The notes under the pieces were generated by a model, which did no database searches, was not told the DNA's origin, and was given only the letters and a program-made list of their open reading frames with translations. This document shows positions 1 through 10,440 of a stretch of DNA of 34,311 nt, piece after piece (within the stretch, counting starts at the first letter, position 1; each line of letters begins with the position of its first letter). The translations under genes were made by a program, and so were the position numbers. This DNA comes from Octopus bimaculoides (taxonomy: Eukaryota), in assembly GCF_001194135.2 (NCBI RefSeq), contig NC_068994.1, forward strand, positions 29,378,076 to 29,412,386, in the 5' to 3' direction.

Positions 1-33
<33 letters not shown>

Positions 34-624
34 ATGTGTGTGTTTGCATGTGTGTGTGTGTACCTCTGTAACTCTGTCCCCTTGTGTTTCGATGTCTGAG
101 TGTGTCTGTGTGTGTATGGGTGTTTGTGACTATGTATTGTGTCTGTAGTATGGATATGCATCTCCATATGTGTGAATGTGTGTCGCTATATGTGTCCTTG
201 TGTGAAGTGAAGATCGTGTGTATGTGGTCATGTGTTTCAGTCTTCATTTGCGTATATGTGTGTGTATGTGTGCTTATCTGTCCATATTATCTACGTACCT
301 ATCCGTCAGTATGTCTATCTGTTTACTTTCATATCCATTTGCCTACACACGTGTGCATACACACACACATATATATAGTATATNNNNNNNNNNNNNNNNN
401 NNNNNNNNNNNNNNNNNNNNNNNNNNNNNNNNNNNNNNNNNNNNNNNNNNNNNNNNNNNNNNNNNNNNNNNNNNNNNNNNNNNNNNNNNNNNNNNNNNNN
501 NNNNNNNNNNNNNNNNNNNNNNNNNNNNNNNNNNNNNNNNNNNNNNNNNNNNNNNNNNNNNNNNNNNNNNNNNNNNNNNNNNNNNNNNNNNNNNNNNNNN
601 NTATATATATATATATATATATAT

Positions 625-669
<45 letters not shown>

Positions 670-690
670 TATACATACATCTACATAATA
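1..690. repeat. (TG)n/(TA)n/(CA)n microsatellite and degenerate dinucleotide region flanking an assembly gap
   Basis: Pure (TG)n at 1-28, (TA)n at 602-625 and (CA)n at about 630-665, with degenerate TG-rich sequence between; N gap 384-601. Confidence 0.95.
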
Positions 691-734
691 GCCCATTAAC
701 TATTCTACCCGTACATAAATATATACTGTAGGTA

Positions 735-1690
735 TGGGAGTGTGATTATCTACTACATGTTGGTCTTTGGTATGTTGGTTGAGTATAGAAGACTGTTTTT
801 TTTGTTGTCTCAAATGTTCATTTAGTCGTTCCGCAATGCTCCTAGACATCTCCCCGCTGTATGTCATGTTCATGTCTTTACAAGCACCTTCTATGCATCC
901 TATGCTGTAGACTACATTTCTAGTTCTACAGTTAATGCTAGGTCTAATCCTGAATACCATGCAATTATCATTGGAGCATATGGTATTCTCAAAGGGGTAC
1001 GTCATACATGATTGTGATCTGATGGAGTTGCCTGGCTTTTCAACAATCTTAATATTGAGTTTGGTCTCCTTCAGAATTTTCCTAAATCTTCGGGCTAGTT
1101 CTCCAGTGGCTGTGGCCTCTACAAACATCACTCTTTGATATTTGTCAGTTTTATACCACGTGTTCAGTCTGTTTGCTTTGTCACAAGCTCTTTGTATCCT
1201 ATTCAAGTCTTTGTTTCTATATCTAGGTAGGTACCATTGGTATTATTACATATAATATTATTTAACTTCTTTCTAGCACCCATGTATACTCGAATCCTAT
1301 CTTTCTGATCATATCCAGAGAATTGCATGCGGTGCATAAAGTTCTGTACATGTTTCTTCGTTTCATAGGGTTTGCGTAGTGGGGACACGTTGTTCACTAT
1401 CCTAAGTCTGCTAATGTATGTTAATTTTCATGTGTGACAAAGTTGAGTTCTTGTGAACAGCATATTCTTGTGAAACACAAAGCTGAGTTCTTGTGAACAA
1501 CATATTTTGAAGCTTCATGTAATAGGAGTGGAGGAGCTGTACTCTGTTGTTCACAATCTCTAACGAAAGTTCAGTATCAAGGACAGGGAGTTTATTGTTA
1601 GGGTGCCTAGTGGGATAATCTATTGTTACCTTGATACTTTGGTAGATGGAGTTAGCTACTTGCTGGATGCTCTCCATTATGTTCCTGTCA
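735..1690 (-). mobile_element. Penelope-like retroelement fragment (RT C-terminus plus GIY-YIG endonuclease), pseudogenised
   Basis: ORF 1411-1677 has the PLE RT thumb motif VTIDYP...NNKLPVLDTEL...HSYYMK. ORF 700-1206 has MFVEAT..GELARRFR, C-x4-C-x2-C (ICSNDNCMVF), CRTRNVVYSIGC...YSGEMSRSIAERLNEH, a GIY-YIG signature. The frame is broken into three ORFs. Confidence 0.85.
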
Positions 1691-1899
1691 GTTTCTACAT
1701 TACCGTGGAAACAACCTGGGTCAACTTAACATCCGCATTTTATCCAATCACCCAGAGGACCTAACAATGAGATAAATACAGGAGTACGTCTTCATAAATG
1801 AAACATACCCAGTACTAAATAGGAAATATACGCAGTAGGTAATCATACCTCCATATCCACAGTTTATATTTATATACAGGCAGAATAGTTACTGTCCTG

Positions 1900-2760
1900 T
1901 TACCTAGATGTATGTGTATGTATATGTATATGCACATGTATGTAGGCAAATAGATATGAAAATAAACAGATAGACATACAGATGGATAGGCACATAGGTA
2001 ATATCAACATACAAGCACGCATACGCAAATGAAAACTGAAACACCTGACCACATATACTCACAATTCACTTCACACACGGACACATATGGAGACACACAG
2101 CTACACATAGNNNNNNNNNNNNNNNNNNNNNNNNNNNNNNNNNNNNNNNNNNNNNNNNNNNNNNNNNNNNNNNNNNNNNNNNNNNNNNNNNNNNNNNNNN
2201 NNNNNNNNNNNNNNNNNNNNNNNNNNNNNNNNNNNNNNNNNNNNNNNNNNNNNNNNNNNNNNNNNNNNNNNNNNNNNNNNNNNNNNNNNNNNNNNNNNNN
2301 NNNNNNNATATGTGCATGTATGTATGTATGGATGGATGGATGTATGTATTTATGTATGTACTGAGTATTTAGGTGTGTAGACGTGTCTGTGTGTGTGTAC
2401 ATGTGTATGTACATGTGAACGTATGTCTATATGTACATGCATATGTATGTATATGTGTGTGTGTATACAACCTTCAACAATGTAACAATCATGTATAGAA
2501 CTTGAACAGACACATATCAGTACATAAACATACGCTCACATGTACATACACATGTACACACACACATACACGTCTACACACTTACCTAAATACTCATATA
2601 CATACATAAGTACATACGTACATACATACATACATGCATACATACATACATGCGTATAGGCATGCACACATGCATGCGCATGTACACATGTGCATACGCA
2701 TATGCATGTACACATACATACATACATACATACAGACGTACGTACGTATATATCGTGAAC
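1900..2760. repeat. Degenerate (CA)/(TG)/(TACA)n low-complexity microsatellite field
   Basis: Runs of ACAT/TATG/CA units on both sides of gap 2111-2307. Confidence 0.9.
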
Positions 2761-4264
2761 TAACTGTTACTTTCTCAGATACCGCACGGAATTTTGTCAG
2801 TAAACACGTCAGTGAACAAATCGACGAAAATGTTTTGCCAAATTAACTTTAAATGTTGAAGTGAATCTAACGGTTTTTGTGTGTTTCTTAAACGGCTTAT
2901 AAACACCTTCCACGCCGCAATTGTTTTCGTTCCAGCACACGACCTCAGATCAGGTCACTTGCTATGCAAGTACAACTCTATAATATATATATNNNNNNNN
3001 NNNNNNNNNNNNNNNNNNNNNTATATATATATATATATATTGCGGCACCTTGTATATACATTTAAACAAAGTCCAAGGGGGAGAACGCCAGGAGGAGAGA
3101 AAGAGAAAATTTAAGAGTGGTAGTAAGTAGGAGTTTGTTAGGAGCAGAGAGGGAGAAAGAGAAGGAGGTGGGAGATAATGTTTTGGGTCAATAGTGGAAC
3201 ATAGTAGTTCTAGGTAAGTTGGCAGTTTATCTCTTAACAGTGAAACTATACAAAGGCATTTTACCTCGTATATTTTCTGTGCGTCTGTAGTATCTTGTAG
3301 GTGTGCATGCGCACGTAGACGCCTGCATATGCTGATGTGCATAAACTACTTCTATAATACACATAAAATCTGATATTAGAGCTATGTTCTAAACAAATCC
3401 TGCAAAAACCATTTAAGAGTTTCCCAGTTTTCAACCAGAATTTCCACAAAGTTTTCTAAATAAGTGCACACACCAACAAACATACACATATCTTTCTGCA
3501 AAGAGGGTAGAAGAATAACTAAGATTAGAATTTTTTGCACTCTTTACATGATGCCCACTTTTGCATATTTTGATAAGTCAAAAATAATATATTATAAACT
3601 ACCGACACTTGAAACCGAATAGAATAAATAAAATAAAATAGCCCACAAACTTCGCCTCTCTCAACACAAAGGTTAAAGTTTATAATTATTAACCAAATAA
3701 CTTCAAGAACAATGTTCCTTCAGACAAGAATAAGCTAACCGACAACATTTACTACTATCTACATTCTCTTATGAACATAAGAATAACAAACATGCTAATA
3801 ACACCAGCATGCTAACAAACTAAAATTTACCGCCTACATATATTCTTAAAACTCTGTTACTTTAAAGCTGACACACCTAGTAACAAAGGTTCAAATACTG
3901 ATCTGAACTCTGAACTTTAATCTTAACATTCTCAAAAGAAAAGGTTAAATAACCTATTAATATCCAAATATTTGCTGACCAAATTAAACCTACATAATTA
4001 CATCTTTTGTGAACCCCCATTGCCTGAAGATGACAAGCCTCAATACACATTCCTGATAACTAAGATCTACACGTATGAATAAATTCTAAATAGAACAACC
4101 CCAAATTTAATCAATTAGAATTCTCCATAACAGCCTAATTATCATTGAACAGAAACTCAGCTTGCTCTGGAAAACTTTAAACTTAACAGAGACCATTGTT
4201 CATTACCACTTTCAGTTGGTAAACAGATGCAATCGTGGTCTGTAAGTATATTCAGTAGATCCAT

Positions 4265-4317
<53 letters not shown>

Positions 4318-5225
4318 NNNNNNNNNNNNNNNNNNNNNNNNNNNNNNNNNNNNNNNNNNNNNNNNNNNNNNNNNNNNNNNNNNNNNNNNNNNNNNNNNNN
4401 NNNNNNNNNNNNNNNNNNNNNNNNNNNNNNNNNNNNNNNNNNNNNNNNNNNNNNNNNNNNNNNNNNNNNNNNNNNNNNNNNNNNNNNNNNNNNNNNNNNN
4501 NNNNNNNNNNNNNNNNNNNNNNNNNNNNNNNNNNNNNNNNNNNNNNNNNNNNNNNNNNNNNNNNNNNNNNNNNNNNNNNNNNNNNNNNNNNNNNNNNNNN
4601 NNNNNNNNNNNNNNNNNNNNNNNNNNNNNNNNNNNNNNNNNNNNNNNNNNNNNNNNNNNNNNNNNNNNNNNNNNNNNNNNNNNNNNNNNNNNNNNNNNNN
4701 NNNNNNNNNNNNNNNNNNNNNNNNNNNNNNNNNNNNNNNNNNNNNNNNNNNNNNNNNNNNNNNNNNNNNNNNNNNNNNNNNNNNNNNNNNNNNNNNNNNN
4801 NNNNNNNNNNNNNNNNNNNNNNNNNNNNNNNNNNNNNNNNNNNNNNNNNNNNNNNNNNNNNNNNNNNNNNNNNNNNNNNNNNNNNNNNNNNNNNNNNNNN
4901 NNNNNNNNNNNNNNNNNNNNNNNNNNNNNNNNNNNNNNNNNNNNNNNNNNNNNNNNNNNNNNNNNNNNNNNNNNNNNNNNNNNNNNNNNNNNNNNNNNNN
5001 NNNNNNNNNNNNNNNNNNNNNNNNNNNNNNNNNNNNNNNNNNNNNNNNNNNNNNNNNNNNNNNNNNNNNNNNNNNNNNNNNNNNNNNNNNNNNNNNNNNN
5101 NNNNNNNNNNNNNNNNNNNNNNNNNNNNNNNNNNNNNNNNNNNNNNNNNNNNNNNNNNNNNNNNNNNNNNNNNNNNNNNNNNNNNNNNNNNNNNNNNNNN
5201 NNNNNNNNNNNNNNNNNNNNNNNNN

Positions 5226-5744
5226 ATTATTATTATTATCATTATTATCATTGTTATTATTATTATTACCATCATCATTATTGAGTGAGAGAACAGTGCA
5301 TGTCATCAAAGTGACACTGGGGTACAAATATACGAAGCCCAATATACCCATCATGACTACCCGTCTGATAACGGTACACCAGGCACATGCATCACAACCA
5401 TGTGTGCGCGACATGGTGATCTCATCAAGATTATCAGCGCATGACCTTGCAAGCCCAGTTAGAATTTTCTTCAGGTTGAGTAGCCAATCCTGCTCAAAAG
5501 GTCCCTGAATAAGATTTGTTTTGAGGATGATGAACAAAACACCCATATTTCCAGAGGTGAATTATTCAAACCCATCAAAATTCCTCTCAACACATGGCTA
5601 TGGTGCTTCCTCACTACTTCTGCTTGGGATCAGAGATGCATATATTGTCAGAAACTGAGGGTCATGCTCAACTGGTTATGGTCAAGCAACTGACAAGCAA
5701 ATTCTGTGGTATTGAGCAGAATATTTGCTGTAGCCCATCTTTTT
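5226..5744 (-). mobile_element. Non-coding interspersed repeat ('unit A'), retroposon-like, with (AAT)n tail
   Basis: The reverse complement of 5281-5635 aligns (roughly 85% by eye) with 16531-16897. It ends ...GCACTGTTCTCTCACTC followed by a degenerate (AAT/GAT)n tract at 5226-5280. No tRNA A/B boxes seen at its 5' end. Confidence 0.8.

Positions 5745-5806
<62 letters not shown>
5745..5806. repeat. (ATC)n microsatellite, the (GAT)n tail of the adjacent minus-strand LINE
   Basis: About 20 ATC units directly abutting the LINE 3' UTR. Confidence 0.95.
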
Positions 5807-6328
5807 TATACACATAACAGATTAGACTGTTGGAAAAGAAAAATTCCTAACATCGGGCTACAACAAGTAACCTTAGATGCCAAGAAACCTCTGAAGTGTC
5901 TTACATTTCCCTAATAACACTGTTTTCTGGAGCTGTACTAAACTGGGTTTTATGCCTATTTTCTCTCTCCATCTGTTCAAATCTTTAGGGATAGTTCTCA
6001 ATGCACTTATAACTACTGAAATACATTTTAGCCGCACTTTCCATAGTCTTTGGAATTCAATTGCTAGGTCCTTGTGCTTTACTATTTTTTTCTATACTTC
6101 TCATATTGAATTTTTCCTCATTTGAGACTGTGAAGTCAATTATCTGACACTTTCTATTCTCTTTGTCTACTACTACTAAACCAGTCCTTCTAGCTTCTAT
6201 TATTCCGTCAGCCTGAATTTTAAAGTCCCCTAATATTTATATTTCTTAATTTCTAGTACATTACTAGATTCATGTTCATACCATTTATCAGTATGGTCAA
6301 ATCCTAGCTTTCTACATAACTCCCAGTG
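5807..6328 (-). mobile_element. R4/Dong-like RLE non-LTR retrotransposon, 3' fragment
   Basis: Manual minus-strand translation with frameshifts: HWELCRKLGFDHTDKWYEHES..VLE...DFKIQADGIIEARR..LVVVDKENRKCQIIDF...KYKDLAIEFQRLWKVR...LVQLQKTVLLG.CKTL. This is the C-terminal restriction-like endonuclease (PD..D..K type), followed by a short 3' UTR and (GAT)n tail. Confidence 0.85.
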
Positions 6329-6818
6329 ATGACCTTCGAAAAAAGTCTGGATCAACTACTAATTGTTCTTTCAATTCACGACACGTATTCAGTCGTGACT
6401 GCTTTTGATCTTCCGTGAGAAAGCGAGGGACAAATTTTGCTGCAACTCTTTTCATTCGCAATTCCTCTCTTAAAATTAGTTAGCAGAAGCTCCAGGACAC
6501 ACCAGTCATATCAACATGTTCACCGATTCTTCGGTGACGATTCTCCAAGATCAGTTCATGAATTTTCATGTTGTTTTCATTCGTTCGGGAGATCGACGGT
6601 CGCCCTGAACAAGGTTGGTCTTCAAGCGACATAACACCATTCCTAAAGCGTGGAAACTATTCGTAAACTTGTGTTTTGCTCATAGCAGTGTCCTTTTAAG
6701 CAGCTTGAAGCATGACAACTGTTTTGACTGCTGTTTTCCCCAACAGAAAACAGAATTTCACGGAAGCACACTGTTCCTCCGTTTCAAACATCGCAAAAAT
6801 CGACGAACAGGGAGGTAA
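6323..6818 (-). mobile_element. Mariner (family B) 5' transposase fragment
   Basis: The reverse complement aligns with 23575-24055 (...GCTTCCGTGAAATTCTGTTTTCTG...GAAGACCAACC..GTTCAGGGCG...CGTGAA.TGAAAGAA...TTCGAAGGTCATCACTGG). It encodes the HTH region up to KVITG. Confidence 0.85.
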
Positions 6819-7842
6819 TTTAAATTTTCTACTATATCTTCATTAAATGATGAGACGTTTGATCTGATGTAGAAGGGCATGTTGTCTAAGAATCTACTTG
6901 TAGATTTCAGTATTGACAGTCCCTTGTAGGCGAAAAAGTGGACCAGGACCACCAGCAGAGATCACTCCCCATACCATTACACTGTCTCTTCCATATTTCA
7001 CTGTCTTCGTCACACGTGCACGAAATAACCTTTTGCCACTTATTCGTCGGACGTGGACCCCGCCATCGGGTCCAATCACATTAAACTTCGATTCATCGCT
7101 AAAATGGACTTGCGACCGCAGTTTTTCGTTCCAAATGACATGTTCGTAAGCGAAACGAAGATGGACTCTTTGATTCTTCTTGGAGATCAGAGGTTTCTTT
7201 TCCGTTGCCCGAGCAAGCAACCCAGAACCTCGTAACCTCCGGGAAACTGTTTTGCGTGATACGTTGACATCGGAAGTGGAGCTAAACTCTCGGGATATCT
7301 CAGCAGCACTCTTAAACTTATCCTTCAGAGACATTCTAACCATTGTCTTGGTGACGTTTTATGAGATCTACTGGTTTTGGGTTTAGCAACTGTCGATCCT
7401 GATGACTTAAATCGAGCTACAATTCGTTGCACAACACTTTTAGACATTCCTACAGTAGTTGATATCATAGAATTTGACTTACCCTCTTGGTGAAGGCACA
7501 CAATCCTTTGTTTTGCATCACAGGACGCCGGTCGTCTCTCATAAGCCGCCATATTGACAGTTGAATGCACCAATAATGTAAGATCATAAGAAATAACTGC
7601 AAATACCTTGGTTAGCAGTTCAATTTTTCGAAGTGACCCTTAACTTTTGGCCGCTGCAATTTGGAAGATTGTTTATTTCCTCATAACTTACGAAATATTT
7701 ATTCCATTCACTTGAAATTTTCACGAAAGATAGATATTAGATATATCTAAATATCTGCAAAATATTAACGTGTTGTTAATCTTCTATAATAACTATTTCA
7801 ATACACTTGCTCTTACTGACCCTTATAGTATGGCCGCTCCTG
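6819..7842 (-). mobile_element. Tc1-family DNA transposon, 3'-truncated, IR/DR-type left end
   Basis: ORF 7325-7573 (HTH: KQRIVCLHQEGKSNSMISTTVGMSKSVVQRIVARFK) and ORF 6894-7343 (VHFSDESKFNVIG.DG..HVRR...VKYG..SVMVWG.ISAGG.GPL). The terminus CAGGAGCGGCCATACTATAAGGGTCAGT at 7842-7815 is next to a TA (7843-7844), with an inner direct repeat at 7632-7657. Confidence 0.9.
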
Positions 7843-7879
7843 TATGTATGTATGTATGTATGTATGTATGGATGGATGG

Positions 7880-8213
7880 ATGTACACGTGCAGATTTGTA
7901 TATTTTGTCTTATGTGTCTTTTCATGCATATAGTTGCATATCTAGACATGCTAATATATTCTCAAGTTATAGACTTCAGAAAAGTTTTACAAATTTTTAC
8001 AGTTCCAGTGATGGATTGGATCTGTAGTCTTCGAATTAGCTTACTCCTTTCTGGCTTTGAGAAGCCTAATTTCTAAAGATTGGTATTTAGGCAGTGTATT
8101 ACATATTCCTGAATTTGTAATCTGGATAGAATAACTGCAGATTTCTCAATAATTCAACATACGTGTTCTCTTTTTCACTTATCTTCAGCTTTATGTTAAC
8201 ATCCGCTGGGCAG
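7880..8213 (-). mobile_element. RLE non-LTR retrotransposon 3' fragment, copy 1 of (ACAT)n-tailed family
   Basis: Manual translation CPADVNIKLKISEKENTYVELLRNLQLFYPDYKFR / VIHCLNTNL*KLGFSKPERSKLIRRLQIQSITGTVKICKTFLKSIT*; homologous to ORF 8435-8650. Confidence 0.8.
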
Positions 8214-8650
8214 TGTATGTATGTTATCAGTCAGTTTCATTTCTGTATTTCTTGTCAATAGAGAAAGAGCCGGACTCTAACATAGATTCAAGGCTTCTTC
8301 ATTGGAACTTTTATCAACATCATCTAGGTATTTGTGCATATGTGTGTGTGTGCAGTATTTGGTGTTAGTGTATGCGCAGATTTGTATGCTTGTTTTATGG
8401 ATGCGTTTTTATGTCTAGATGCATGCATATGTATTTATGTGCTAAATTTTTGGAAAGTTTTACATATCTTTACAGTTCCATTGATGGCTTGAATCTGTAG
8501 TCTTCTAATCAGCCTTTTTCTTTCAGGTCTTGAGAACCCTAATTTTTCCAGGTTTTTGTTGAGGCAGTTCGTTACATATCCCAATGCCCCAACAATCACG
8601 GGTATGAATCTGAACTTGTAGTCTGGGTGGAGTATCTGTAAATTTCTCAT
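8214..8650 (-). mobile_element. RLE non-LTR retrotransposon 3' fragment, copy 2, with 3' UTR and (ACAT)n tail
   Basis: ORF 8435-8650 MRNLQILHPDYKFRFIPVIVGALGYVTNCL...RRLQIQAINGTVKICKTFQKF (P.IVGALG is typical of the RLE C-terminus). The 3' UTR at 8225-8434 ends ...GAAACTGACTGATA-ACATACATAC. Confidence 0.85.
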
Positions 8651-8668
8651 GTATGTATGTATGTATGT

Positions 8669-9085
8669 AAGTATTGTGTGATTTTTCTATGAGAGAGTTC
8701 AAGCTTAACAAAGCGACAAGACTTTTTGAGTTAAGGGAGTTCCCAGTGTTTGTAAATAAGTGGTTGAGATGGTGTGTTGGCTGAACTGTTAATGCATATA
8801 CGCATGTTTGTGCATCTATTCATATAAGCATTTCAGACGGAGACATTTTGAAATGTCCTACAAATCTTCCCTGTGTCACTAATTCATTGTATTCGGAGAA
8901 TCCGTATCAGTTTCTTTTGTTCTTTTTCTGTGAAACCAGAGAATTCTAGGTTTTTGTGCAAATTTGCAGGTACATACCCTAATGCACGTATGATGATAGG
9001 TACAAATGAGAATTAATAATCCGGGTACAAGAACTGTAAGATCCGCATTAATTCACCATAAATCTTCTCTTTTTCCTGGACTTCG
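8669..9085 (-). mobile_element. RLE non-LTR retrotransposon 3' fragment, copy 3 (diverged subfamily)
   Basis: Manual translation EVQEKEKIYGELMRILQFLYPDY*FSFVP.IIRALGYVPANLHKNLEFSGFTEKEQKKLIRILRIQ*ISDTGKICRTFQNVSV*. It has a different 3' UTR ending in (ACAT)5 at 8649-8668, and its 5' side is flanked by (TATG)13 at 9086-9137. Confidence 0.8.
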
Positions 9086-9473
9086 TATGTATGTATGTAT
9101 GTATGTATGTATGTATGTATGTATGTATGTATGTATGTGAGTTATGAGGATGAATGTGAGTTATTTGGATGTACTTGGTATTACTATGCATTAAACAAGA
9201 GGAAACCTACAAGATTTGTTGAGTAAAAAATTATGGCAATTGTATGGTACAATATTTCACAGTGACCAATGGTTTTAATCCTCGGACTAGGAAAAGTTTT
9301 GATAAAAGAATGTTATATTCTTGGTTGATTGATCACCTACAGGTGTTTTTGTGGCGTGTGTAAAATAGTTGATGTGGTGGTGGTAAAGTTGTTTTTAATG
9401 ATAGTTCTTTGTTTTTATCTGTGAATGTATGTTGTGTAAGTAGATGGTGTTTCTATGCGCACTCTCGCGTGTT

Positions 9474-9532
<59 letters not shown>
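9474..9532. repeat. (TAG)n microsatellite
   Basis: Direct reading of the sequence. Confidence 0.95.
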
Positions 9533-9533
<1 letters not shown>

Positions 9534-9640
9534 ACAGAAAACAGAATTAAATGATATAACACAAGAATCTTTCGTTTCAAATGACGTTATAAATTAATGC
9601 GTGAGATTATCTTTACGGATCTTGTTCAAAACGGAGGCAC

Positions 9641-10208
9641 CAGTATTTTCTTAACGAAACACTTTCAAACTTGGGACACTGGTAGAATGTGTCATACAAA
9701 ACAACTTTTTCTCTTAGCCTTCTTAACAAAAAAATGTACATCGCAAGTTATTCCATGTTAAAGTTGTCGTATTTCTGTAATTTCAACCAATCACTGACGT
9801 CTATTCAGCTGAATAGAGTTACTGCCTGCCGGTCATAAAAATGTTATTCCCTGTGACATATTTCATCCGGTTTAATCGTAATTTATACGCATATATTGTT
9901 TATATAATAAATTACGCTGTGCGTATCTATGTGTGTAACAATTTTAGAGTTCGGATTCTAGAGTTAAGGTTACTTTTAGGGTTAGGGTTAGGGTTGAAAT
10001 GTCAGAACTAACGGGGATTAATACGATATACACCGTTACAGCGCTAACTGTTTTCAACTGAATAGACGTCAGTGATTAGTAGAAATTATCGAAATAAGAC
10101 AATTTTTTACATGAAATAAATTCGAATACAAAATTTTTTTTTCTGTTCTATAACACAAAATAGATAAGTATACAAAGTTTGAAAGTATTTCGGTACCAAA
10201 AACACTAC
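9641..10208. mobile_element. MITE/foldback-like non-autonomous element with about 170-185 bp imperfect inverted arms and internal (TTAGGG)3
   Basis: Arms 9641-9825 and 10041-10208 are reverse complements, e.g. AATTTCAACCAATCACTGACGTCTATTCAGCTGAA vs TTCAACTGAATAGACGTCAGTGATTAGTAGAAATT, and ACTTTCAAACTT vs AAGTTTGAAAGT. TTAGGG x3 at 9976-9993. Confidence 0.8.
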
Positions 10209-10309
10209 ATAAACCAAGAGTATCTTGGTTTGGAGGCTATTGTTTAGAGAAGTGAAGCAAACGTATATTTATTAAGAGAGTGTTTATGTATGGAGAGAGG
10301 GGAGAAAGA

Positions 10310-10440
<131 letters not shown>

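Noticed and set aside
84-731. Long ORFs over microsatellites and N gaps (also 2004-2414, 4157-5546, 16020-16638, 18370-18961, 25480-25851, 29014-30027)
   Set aside because: Translations are poly-X, VC/HT/YI dipeptide or homopolymer runs produced by simple repeats and gaps; they are not genes.
1444-1506. Short direct duplications (TGAGTTCTTGTGAACA.CATATT x2; also AACAGCAGAACACTTAA x2 near 20932-20976 and GAATCAC.TGTTTGA x2 near 26365-26395)
   Set aside because: Two-copy local slippage duplications with no further structure.
3480-4150. G-poor, A/C-rich stretch considered as a mitochondrial insertion (NUMT)
   Set aside because: Trial translations on both strands gave frequent TAA/TAG stops and no recognisable mitochondrial protein, rRNA or tRNA motif.
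7845-9137. Repeat-spacer appearance resembling a CRISPR array (also 16897-20412)
   Set aside because: The repeats are microsatellites, the 'spacers' are mutually homologous retrotransposon 3' ends hundreds of bp long, and the context is eukaryotic with no cas genes.
9976-9993. (TTAGGG)3 as a true telomere or healed chromosome break
   Set aside because: Only three units, located inside a MITE spacer with ordinary sequence on both sides.
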